Source: Terriglobia bacterium (GTDB lineage: Bacteria; Acidobacteriota; Terriglobia; 20CM-2-55-15). Taken from it: a stretch of 64,000 nucleotides of DNA. The stretch lies in the NCBI GenBank assembly GCA_965262425.1, contig OZ253536.1, forward strand, positions 4,944,412 through 5,008,411. Direction: 5' to 3'. This document shows, piece by piece, positions 55,896-64,000 of this stretch. The stretch's first letter is position 1. Each line of letters opens with the position of its first letter. The notes beneath the pieces are model-generated. The model did no database searches and had not been told where the DNA came from. It was given only the letters and a program-made list of their open reading frames with translations. Both the position numbers and the translations under genes were made by a program.

Positions 55896-57050
55896 TAGTG
55901 GTCCCCGTCAAACAGACTGTAACTTATCGAGCTTCTTTCGGGCACGTTGAACTTTTTCAAGAATATCGGAAGCCGTTGCGGTCCAAATGAAGGGCTTCGG
56001 GTTCTGATTGTGACCCCCGACATATTCCTCCACGGCCTGGATTAGCTCAGGAACCGAATGGAAAACCCCGCGCCGAAGCCGTTGTTCGGAAAGATCCCGG
56101 AAGAAGCGTTCGACCATGTTCAGCCAGGATGCACTGGTCGGTGTGAAGTGCACATGAAAGCGCGTGTTGCGCTTCAACCAGTTGACGACTTTCTGATGTT
56201 TGTGCGTGGCGTAGTTGTCGCAAATGATATGGATCTGTTTGTCTTTCGGCACGGAACGTTTGATCTGATTGAGAAACCGGATCCATTCCTGATGACGATG
56301 CTTCGGCATACAGGTCCCGATAATCGAGCCGTCCAGCGTATTGAGCGCGGCGAACATCGTGGTCGTCCCGTTGCGTTTGTAGTCGTGGGTGAGGGTGCCG
56401 CACCGCCCCTTCTTCAGAGGTAACCCGGGTTGCGTGCGGTCCAGGGCCTGCATCTGGCTCTTCTCATCGCAGGACAAAACAATGGCGTTTTCCGGAGGGT
56501 TCAGATACAAACCGACCACATCCTCCAACTTCTCGACAAATTGTTTGTCGTTGGAAAGTTTGAAGGTGCGTGCCAGATGAGGCTTCAAGCCATGAGCCCG
56601 CCAGATTCTCCCTACCGTGGACTCGCTGACGCCGGTTGCCCTGGCCATCAAGGACCGGCTCCAGTGCGTGGCGTTCGGAGGCTTCCCTTCGACCGTCTTC
56701 TTCACGATCCGGGCCCGCTTCCGGCGGCCGATCGAGGGAATCCGTCCACTGCGGGAAGCGTCCTTTTCGATTCCCCCGAGGCCATCTTCAACGAAACGAT
56801 CGCGCCAACGTCCGGCCTTTTGACGAGTGATGTCCAACTTGGCAGCGATCTCCTGATTGTCCAGACCCCCGGCGGCCAGCAAGACAATTCGAGATCGTTC
56901 CGCCAACCGGACCGCCACACTGCGGCTTCGGCTCAGTCGCTCCAGTTCCTTCCGCACAGGAATGTCCAATTTAATCGTCGGTGCTCTCCTCATATATACT
57001 CAGACGTAGGAAAGCTGAATAAGTTACATTAACTGTGACGGACTACACTA
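55896..57050 (-). mobile_element. IS630-family element copy B (1155 bp, TA target duplication)
   Basis: It is near-identical to copy A and encodes transposase 55908..56993. Confidence 0.9.
55908..56993 (-). CDS. IS630-family transposase
   Basis: It is identical or near-identical to the copy A transposase. Confidence 0.9.
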   Translation of the reverse strand: MRRAPTIKLDIPVRKELERLSRSRSVAVRLAERSRIVLLAAGGLDNQEIAAKLDITRQKAGRWRDRFVEDGLGGIEKDASRSGRIPSIGRRKRARIVKKTVEGKPPNATHWSRSLMARATGVSESTVGRIWRAHGLKPHLARTFKLSNDKQFVEKLEDVVGLYLNPPENAIVLSCDEKSQMQALDRTQPGLPLKKGRCGTLTHDYKRNGTTTMFAALNTLDGSIIGTCMPKHRHQEWIRFLNQIKRSVPKDKQIHIICDNYATHKHQKVVNWLKRNTRFHVHFTPTSASWLNMVERFFRDLSEQRLRRGVFHSVPELIQAVEEYVGGHNQNPKPFIWTATASDILEKVQRARKKLDKLQSV

Positions 57051-58096
57051 GAACGTCTTATTCGGGCATCGTCGGTCGTTCCCGCGAAATCGAAGAGGTG
57101 TGCGCTCAGATTGAGATTGCGGCGGGAAGTCCCGCGACGGTCCTCATTGAGGGGGAGAGCGGAACGGGCAAGGAGCTCGTGGCCCGGGCGATTCATCAGA
57201 ACAGCGATCGTCGCGGCGCGCCGTTCGTCACGGTGGATTGTGGCGCCATTCCGGAGACTCTGATCGAAAGCGAACTCTTCGGCATTCGGCGAGGATCGTT
57301 CACCGGGGCGACGGCGGATCGGGCCGGGCTCATAGAATCCGCCAACCGGGGAACGTTGTTTCTGGACGAAATTTCCAACACGAGCCCGGCATTGCAGGCG
57401 AAGCTTCTCCGGGTTCTGCAGGAAAGAGAGGTCCGCAGGGTAGGGGACACAAAAGGCCGCACTGTGGACATTCGGCTAATCGCCGCCACGAACGCCAACC
57501 TCGACACCCTTGTCGAGACAGGTACCTTCCGGCAGGATCTACTCTTCCGCCTCAAGGTCCTGCACATTCAGGTTCCTCCCCTCCGCAGCCGAAAACAGGA
57601 CATCCCGGACATCGCCCTCTCGTTTCTGGAGCGGCTCAACGAGACCAACAAGACCAAGAAGCGATTTGGGCGGGGGATCCTGGACACTTTGGCGAGGGGG
57701 AACTACGCTGGTAATATTCGAGAGCTCCAGAATCTGATCGAAAGGGCATATTTCTCGACAACAGTCGGGAACGTGATTAAGACGGTCGAGGTTGAATCCG
57801 GAGCCAGGCACTGGCAAAGCTCCGACGAGGTGCAATCCTGGTTCAAAGACCTGACCGCAGGTCGAAAGGATTTCTGGACTCTGATACACGCACGCTACAA
57901 GAAACGAGACATATCGCGCGAAAATGTCATCGCCCTGATGGACCTGGGCTTGAGAGCGACTCGTGGATCCTACATGTCCGTCGCCTCGCTGTTTCACCTT
58001 GATCGCCGCGAGTATCGCCGTTTCATGGACTTCCTCAGGCGGAATGGGTGTCAGCCAGACTTTCGGGAATACCGTGGGCGGGGTGGGTTAGAGTAG
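57051..58096 (+). pseudogene. giant regulator fragment 3: sigma54-interaction AAA+ domain and C-terminal HTH
   Basis: It has [21 protein letters not shown] and GSFTGA motifs. It continues in frame from fragment 2 after copy B is removed (…EQKPQRTRA-RTSYSGIVGRSREIEEV…). Confidence 0.8.
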
Positions 58097-58318
58097 CTTA
58101 CTATGATAGTCTGTAGCCTATAAAGTCACATTACATGAATGTATTCGTCGGTGATTCGAGAAGGATGGACAAGATGACCCGCTACCAAGCCAAATCTCCT
58201 CACAGTTTGTGGTAGCTTAATCTATACATAATACATTCACTTCGTGGCCTGGGATGGCCACACACACAAGCGGTTCTTGCATTGGTGGCTTGGAGTGTCG
58301 TTATGGTCGAGTCAGTAG

Positions 58319-59479
58319 GTGGTGGGTTTGTCCCAGGGTGAGGCGACAACCAGGATGTCTGGGGCCTCGGTTCGCACGATAGAAGGTCGTTGGGCTTTCG
58401 TTCCGGACCCGCTGCCCCCGTCCGGGCTTGAGTACGGCTTGATGCTCGATGCTATTTCGGACGCGGAACATGCGCTGGGCAAGTTGGCAGGGGTGGGTCG
58501 GACGCTCGCGAATCCCTATCTCGTTGCGGGGCCGCTGCTGTTGGGAGAGGCCATCGCATCGAGCCGGCTGGATGGATTCTCCGCACCCACACAAGATGCC
58601 GTGATTCAAGGAGTGACTCGAAAGAGACCACCTGCGGGTGAGGTGGCAGCACGGGACGTCGTGAATTATGCAAAGGCCATGGCGCAGGGTCTCGGGCGCC
58701 TGGAGGGTTCACACGTAGATATGAGGTTCATCTCGGAACTCCATTCCACCTTGCTGGAGGGAAACGGGCCGCGAAGCGAATCCGGCAAGTTCCGCAGCGG
58801 CCCCGGGAAAGATCCAAATCCTGGCCAAGGCCCTTTACACCAACGGTTTGGTCCTCCGTCCGGGCCGGAAATGAAGGACTGCCTGAGGCGGCTGGAGCAT
58901 TTCATCCGAACAGGCCCGGTTCCACTCCTCGTCAAGATTGCCCTCATTCACTATCAGTTTGAAACTATCCATCCGTTCGCGGTGGGAAGCGGCCGCATAG
59001 GACGGATGTTGATCCCTTTGCTTCTGGGCAAAGCCGGCAGGCAACCCCAACCCATGTACTATATGAGTAGTTATTTGATGCGTCATCAGTCCCAGTATGC
59101 CAATCTGCTCCTTCAAGTGAGGCTCCGGGGGGCTTGGCGGGATTGGATCACGTTCTTCCTGCGAGGCATCGAACGGCAGTCCGCCGAAACCCTGATTCGG
59201 ATCGACAAGCTCCTGGCCCTTCGAAACGATTGGCTCGTGCGTGCAAAGCCAGGGCGATCATCGGCCTCACCACATAAGCTCATTGACGCTCTTTTCAGGT
59301 TTCCGGCGACCACCATCGGCCAGGCCGGGAGGCTCCTTGGCGTCACGCCGCGGGGCGCGAAGCTGAACATCGAAAAACTCGTCGAGCAGGGTATACTGCA
59401 CGAAGCGACCGGACGACGTCGCAACCGGGTCTTCACAGCCACAGAGATTCTCGACATCATCGAGCCTGCCGGCCCATGA
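58319..59479 (+). CDS. Fic/DOC family protein with non-canonical active-site motif
   Basis: HPFAVGSGRIGR replaces the canonical HPFx(D/E)GNGRxxR. It has a C-terminal winged-HTH-like tail. The likely start is the ATG near 58355. Confidence 0.75.
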   Translation: MVGLSQGEATTRMSGASVRTIEGRWAFVPDPLPPSGLEYGLMLDAISDAEHALGKLAGVGRTLANPYLVAGPLLLGEAIASSRLDGFSAPTQDAVIQGVTRKRPPAGEVAARDVVNYAKAMAQGLGRLEGSHVDMRFISELHSTLLEGNGPRSESGKFRSGPGKDPNPGQGPLHQRFGPPSGPEMKDCLRRLEHFIRTGPVPLLVKIALIHYQFETIHPFAVGSGRIGRMLIPLLLGKAGRQPQPMYYMSSYLMRHQSQYANLLLQVRLRGAWRDWITFFLRGIERQSAETLIRIDKLLALRNDWLVRAKPGRSSASPHKLIDALFRFPATTIGQAGRLLGVTPRGAKLNIEKLVEQGILHEATGRRRNRVFTATEILDIIEPAGP

Positions 59480-60144
59480 ACCAGTTGGTCAGAATCAATC
59501 ACGTCAGAAAGGTCTATGAGTCCGCGAGCGAGCCTGTCGTTGCGCTCAAAGACGTTTCGCTTGAGATCGAGAGGGGCCGGTTTGTCACGCTCATGGGTCC
59601 CAGCGGATGTGGCAAGTCCACTCTGCTGCACATCATCGGCGCCATGGACAGACCGACCGAGGGTGAAGCCTGGCTCGAAGGCCATGCCGTCCACAGCCTC
59701 GGTGAGGAAGAGTTGACCGCGATTCGCCGGACACGGGTGGGCTTCGTTTTTCAATTCTTCTATCTGCTCCCCACACTCACCCTCGAAGAAAACGTCGCGC
59801 TCCCGCTGCTGCTTGCCCATGGCAGGAAGGTGGATCACGAACGGGTGCGGTCGTTGATCGAGTCCGTCGGCCTATCGGGCCGGCGAGACGCCTTGCCGAC
59901 ACAGCTTTCGGGTGGGGAGCTGCAACGGGGAGCGCTGGCAAGGGCCATCGTTCACGCCCCGCCGCTCGTCGTCGCCGACGAGCCCACCGGCAACCTGGAT
60001 TCCGACAACGGCAAGATCATCCTGGAACTGCTTCAGAAACTGACGGCCACCGGGACGGCCGTGGTCATGGCGACCCACAGCGATGCGGCCGCCGCGTACT
60101 CGGATCGAACGCTCCGCCTGAGAGACGGCGGACTGGTCGGATGA
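59476..60144 (+). CDS. ABC transporter ATP-binding protein (LolD/MacB/AttE-like)
   Basis: It has Walker A GPSGCGKST, the signature LSGGELQR and Walker B VVADEPT. Confidence 0.9.
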   Translation: MNQLVRINHVRKVYESASEPVVALKDVSLEIERGRFVTLMGPSGCGKSTLLHIIGAMDRPTEGEAWLEGHAVHSLGEEELTAIRRTRVGFVFQFFYLLPTLTLEENVALPLLLAHGRKVDHERVRSLIESVGLSGRRDALPTQLSGGELQRGALARAIVHAPPLVVADEPTGNLDSDNGKIILELLQKLTATGTAVVMATHSDAAAAYSDRTLRLRDGGLVG

Positions 60145-62747
60145 GAGGCTTCGGTCTACTCTTCCATCGCTACATCCTTCGCGACCTGGCGCGAAACCCG
60201 ATCCGAACGTTGCTGACGATAACCGGCGTATCTTTGGGCATTGCAGTCGTCGTGGGGGTCCAACTGGCAAACGACCGCGCGATCGGCTCGTTTAACGATA
60301 GCCTGAGGATTCTAGGCGGAGGGGCCGACCTCCAGATCACGGCCAACGGGCTGCAACTCGACGAACAATTGATCGGCGAGCTCGACTGGGTCTGGGATAT
60401 CGGCGCATTGACCGCCATCGTCGAAGGGCGCGTCGACCTGGACGACTTGCCAAACCCACTGGGAAGGGAATCCATTCAAATCTTCGGTGTCGATCTGCTA
60501 TCGGATGCACCGTTCCGTCGATACATGACCGCCGAAGGGGGCAACCTCGGTCTGGACATCACACGTGAAGAATACTTGGATCTGCTGATCCGCCCGGACA
60601 CGATCATCATCCCATCCAGCCTGGCCGAAGACCTGGGAGTGGGCATTGGCGACACCGCCCGCTTCCTCGTGTCCAACCGCTGGCGGGAGCTTGTCGTCGG
60701 GGCGATCCTGGCCGACGAAGGCGTGGCGCGCGCGTTCGGGGGCAAAATCGCATTCATGGACATCGCGGCCGCCCAACTCACGCTGAACAAGATCGGATGG
60801 ATCGACCGCATCGAAGTCCTGCTCGACGACCCGAACTTGGTGGATGCGGTCGCCGAGCGCATTCGCGTCCAGCTTCCCGAATCCGTGATCGTCTATCGGC
60901 CCGAGGACACAGCCGAGGACAATGAAAAGATGATTCGGGCGTTCCGGTACAACCTGACGGCGTTGAGCTACATCTCGCTCATCGTCGGCATGATCTTGAT
61001 CTACAACACGCTGAACATCGCCGTGGTCCGAAGACGAACTGAAATCGGCGCTCTTCGCACACTGGGAACCTCGCGTAGAACGATCAGGTGGATGTTCCTG
61101 ATCGAGGCGACGGCGTTCGGCGTCGTCGGTGCGGCGCTTGGTATATGGCTCGGTGAACTTCTGGCGACGGCTTCCGGCGCGCTTGTCTCCCGAACGATAG
61201 CGGCACTCTACACCGGCGCCGCGGGGGGAGGGACGGTAGATTCACAGGCCGACCCTGTCCTCTACCTGGAGATGCTTTTGCTGGGTGGCGTTCTGGCCGG
61301 CGTTTCCGGAACCGGGCCGGCCTTGAGGGCCACCCAGGTCTCGCCGGTCGAGGCTCTCCGGGAAAACGTCATGGGCAGGGCCAGCGGACGGAAGCTGCGC
61401 TTTCAGGTTGCCGGCGGTGGAGCGACAATACTGCTGGGCGCCATCCTCAGCTTCGGTCCCGCAATCGACGGGTTTCCGTTCCTGGGCTACGCAGCCGGCG
61501 TTTCGTTCATCGCAGGATTCGGGTTGCTTTCGCCCCTGCTGGTTCGCGGCCTGCTCAAGCTGATTCGGATACCGTTCATCCGGCTGCTTCCGGTCGAGGG
61601 CCGGCTCGCCATTCAAACGATCGAAGGAAGTCTCGGCCGGGTCGTCGTCGCCGTGATGTCGCTGGCGATAGCCGTCGCCATGCTGATCAGCGTGGCCATC
61701 ATGGTGGCCAGCTTTCGCGACACGGTTATCGTCTGGATCGACCAGACACTCAAAGGGGATCTTTATCTGCGACCCGCTTCGTTCGGAAGCAACGGCGGAA
61801 GCAACGTCCTGGAGGGAAAGACGCTGGAGGTGCTCGATACGATTCCTGCCATTGCCGCCATCGATCGTTTTCGAGCGATGGTAATCGACTATGACGGCTT
61901 TCCGGCATTTCTGGCCGCCGGGGAATTCCGAACCGTCGCCACGCACAGCAGTTTGCTCTTCATGGATGGCCGGACGACACCCGACGTGGCTGCCGGACTG
62001 ATCGGCGCGAATCGCGTCGTTGTTTCAGAGCCTTTCGCGGTCCGCCACAGCATCGGGTCCGGCGACACAGTCCGGCTCCCCACGCCGGCCGGCATGGAAC
62101 CCTTCGTGGTCGAGGCGGTCTTCTACGACTATTCCAGCGAAGGTGGCTTGATCGTAATGGACCGCGGAACCTACCTGGAGAAGTTCAAGGACCCCGACGT
62201 GAGCAACGTGGCCATATACCTCCAACCGGGCGCCGACCCAGCGGCAACCCGGGCCAGAATCGCCGAACTGCTTCCAGACACCGAGCTTCGAATCGCGACC
62301 AACGGCGAGTTACGTGCCCAGGTTCTCCGTGTGTTCGATCAGACGTTCGAGATTACGTATGCACTCGAGGTGATCGCGATGGCGGTGGCGGTTCTTGGGA
62401 TCGCGAACACACTGGCGGCGCTGGTCATCGAGCGCCGGCCCGAAATAGCGATGCTGCGTTTTGTCGGCGCGGCGCGCACACAAATCCGTCGCGTCGTGAT
62501 GTTGGAGTCGGGTTTGATCGGAATGCTGGGCGGTGCAATCGGTCTCGCACTAGGCATTCTCCTGTCCGTGCTTCTGATCTACGTAATCAACTATCAGTCG
62601 TTCGGGTGGACGATCCAGTTTACGATGCCCTTCGGATTCCTCGTGCAGTCCCTGTTGTTCATCCTGATCTCGACGATCGTCGCAGGACTTTATCCTGCGT
62701 CGCTCGCTCTCAGGATGGATCCGATTCAGGGCATTCGGGCAGAGTGA
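60141..62747 (+). CDS. ABC transporter permease with two FtsX-like modules (MacB/AttFG-like)
   Basis: The 868-aa protein has two 4-TM FtsX repeats with large periplasmic domains. It overlaps the ATPase gene by 4 nt. Confidence 0.9.
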   Translation: MRGFGLLFHRYILRDLARNPIRTLLTITGVSLGIAVVVGVQLANDRAIGSFNDSLRILGGGADLQITANGLQLDEQLIGELDWVWDIGALTAIVEGRVDLDDLPNPLGRESIQIFGVDLLSDAPFRRYMTAEGGNLGLDITREEYLDLLIRPDTIIIPSSLAEDLGVGIGDTARFLVSNRWRELVVGAILADEGVARAFGGKIAFMDIAAAQLTLNKIGWIDRIEVLLDDPNLVDAVAERIRVQLPESVIVYRPEDTAEDNEKMIRAFRYNLTALSYISLIVGMILIYNTLNIAVVRRRTEIGALRTLGTSRRTIRWMFLIEATAFGVVGAALGIWLGELLATASGALVSRTIAALYTGAAGGGTVDSQADPVLYLEMLLLGGVLAGVSGTGPALRATQVSPVEALRENVMGRASGRKLRFQVAGGGATILLGAILSFGPAIDGFPFLGYAAGVSFIAGFGLLSPLLVRGLLKLIRIPFIRLLPVEGRLAIQTIEGSLGRVVVAVMSLAIAVAMLISVAIMVASFRDTVIVWIDQTLKGDLYLRPASFGSNGGSNVLEGKTLEVLDTIPAIAAIDRFRAMVIDYDGFPAFLAAGEFRTVATHSSLLFMDGRTTPDVAAGLIGANRVVVSEPFAVRHSIGSGDTVRLPTPAGMEPFVVEAVFYDYSSEGGLIVMDRGTYLEKFKDPDVSNVAIYLQPGADPAATRARIAELLPDTELRIATNGELRAQVLRVFDQTFEITYALEVIAMAVAVLGIANTLAALVIERRPEIAMLRFVGAARTQIRRVVMLESGLIGMLGGAIGLALGILLSVLLIYVINYQSFGWTIQFTMPFGFLVQSLLFILISTIVAGLYPASLALRMDPIQGIRAE

Positions 62748-62750
62748 AAT

Positions 62751-63869
62751 ATGGAGCCTCTTAAACAGGCGTTGGTGGCCGCGCTGCTGCTGGTCGTACC
62801 GACCTCTGGCCAACAACCTGGACCCGTGCGGTTGTTCGAGCCGGAGTATCGCCTGGCTGTGCCCGGCTATGAATACGAATTCCCACGCGACCATGGTTCG
62901 CACCCCGACTACAAGTTGGAGTGGTGGTACTACACGGGGCACCTCGATGCGGTGGACGGACGCCGATTCGGCTACGAGCTCACGTTCTTCCGCTTGGGGA
63001 TGGACACTCGAGCCGAAAACCCGTCGAGCTGGAATATTCACGACCTGCACGTGACGCACTTTGCCCTGAGTGACTTGTCCGAGGGGACGTTCCGGTTCTA
63101 CGAACGGCTGAACCGGGAAGGACCCGGAATCGCAAGATCTTCGACCCGGACGCTCGACGTCAAGAACGGAAGCTGGTCGGCCACACTCGAAGATGACGTC
63201 ATGAAACTGCGCGCATACGCCGGCGGAATCCTGCTTGAACTGGCCTTGACATCGAGCAAACGACCGACCGTGCATGGCCTGAACGGGGTCAGTCAGAAAG
63301 GCGAGGGGGTCGGTCAAGCTTCTCACTACTACTCGATGACCCGAATGGCCACGACGGGACTGTTATCGATCGATGGTGTCGCGGTCGACGTGTCCGGCGA
63401 AAGCTGGATGGACCACGAATTCGGAACGAATCAACTGGCCCCCGAGCAGATTGGCTGGGACTGGTTCAGCGTCCAACTGGATAACGGCGAGGAGTTGATG
63501 CTGTATCAACTGCGTCACCGCGACGGGTCGATCGATGGGAACTCCAGTGGGACCGTGATTGCCGAAGACGGTGGAACCCGACATCTGAGGGCTGACGACT
63601 TTGACATCTCGACGCTGAGAGACTGGGCAAGCCCGAAGAGCGAGGCCGTCTACCGCCTCGACTGGCAGATCGACATTCCATCCGATGACACATCTCTACG
63701 GGTCATCCCCCTGTTGGACGATCAGGAGTTGGTGACAACACGAACCACCGGGATCGCCTATTGGGAAGGAGCGGTCCGGATCGAAGGAACATGGAAGGGG
63801 CAGCGAATCTCGGGTAAGGGCTACGTCGAACTAACCGGGTATTCCGATAAGTATCGCCCAAGCGTTTAA
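62751..63869 (+). CDS. CrtC/AttH-like lipocalin-domain protein
   Basis: It has a signal peptide and is a carotenoid-1,2-hydratase/AttH-family beta-barrel (HPDYKLEWWYYTGHL). It is the third component of attEFGH-like modules. Confidence 0.75.
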   Translation: MEPLKQALVAALLLVVPTSGQQPGPVRLFEPEYRLAVPGYEYEFPRDHGSHPDYKLEWWYYTGHLDAVDGRRFGYELTFFRLGMDTRAENPSSWNIHDLHVTHFALSDLSEGTFRFYERLNREGPGIARSSTRTLDVKNGSWSATLEDDVMKLRAYAGGILLELALTSSKRPTVHGLNGVSQKGEGVGQASHYYSMTRMATTGLLSIDGVAVDVSGESWMDHEFGTNQLAPEQIGWDWFSVQLDNGEELMLYQLRHRDGSIDGNSSGTVIAEDGGTRHLRADDFDISTLRDWASPKSEAVYRLDWQIDIPSDDTSLRVIPLLDDQELVTTRTTGIAYWEGAVRIEGTWKGQRISGKGYVELTGYSDKYRPSV

Positions 63870-63904
63870 TGCCGAACGGCACTGTACCGGAACGGATTTC
63901 GCTA

Positions 63905-64000
63905 ATGGATCTCCACCCGCAAACCAACCTTGTCCCCATCACCGTTGTCGCGGCCGTTATCCACCAAGAGGGCAGGGTCCTGGTTACCCGTCGCTTCGAA
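63905..64000 (+). CDS. NUDIX hydrolase, 3'-truncated by window end
   Basis: MDLHPQTNLVPITVVAAVIHQEGRVLVTRRFE resembles MutT-type N-termini. Confidence 0.45.
   Translation, partial: MDLHPQTNLVPITVVAAVIHQEGRVLVTRRFE

Overview
This is a high-GC (~60%) bacterial chromosomal window whose gene content suggests Acidobacteriota (inference). Supporting genes: Ser/Thr kinases with TolB-like propellers ending in an NWFEEL-K/ER-VP motif, a GWxTD protein, an SBBP-repeat protein and a CarboxypepD_reg outer-membrane protein. The left 24 kb is an accessory, mobile-element-rich island. It holds a tandem array of three paralogous STK-propeller kinase genes (two with frame disruptions), a toxin-antitoxin cluster (hicBA, relE-like, mntA-hepT), two IS4-superfamily units that each carry a small CGKPxCxC zinc-ribbon ORF, an IS630-family copy interrupted by an IS21-family element, and an SBBP-repeat surface protein gene split by an IS3-family element. 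The middle 20 kb is housekeeping. It holds a GT9 heptosyltransferase, rpsU, pta, a sigma54 two-component pair, OM/GWxTD proteins, a CIRCE-controlled groEL, clpB, hsp20, queA and cspA. The right third holds an M50-peptidase/HlyD fusion with an in-frame amber codon. It also holds two tandem c-di-GMP-I (GEMM) riboswitch-like elements upstream of a 7TM-HD-GYP-GAF-degenerate-GGDEF gene. Most notably, it holds one giant (~1690 codon) pseudokinase-STAND NTPase-TPR-GAF-sigma54-activator gene that becomes a single continuous ORF only after in silico removal of two identical IS630-family insertions. That gene is followed by a non-canonical Fic protein and an attEFGH-like ABC export module. A REP/MITE-like repeat (TAG-GAGCCTGCGCGGCAG) abuts three gene ends. 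Many genes carry frameshifts or stops, so either the assembly has indel errors or this region is decaying.
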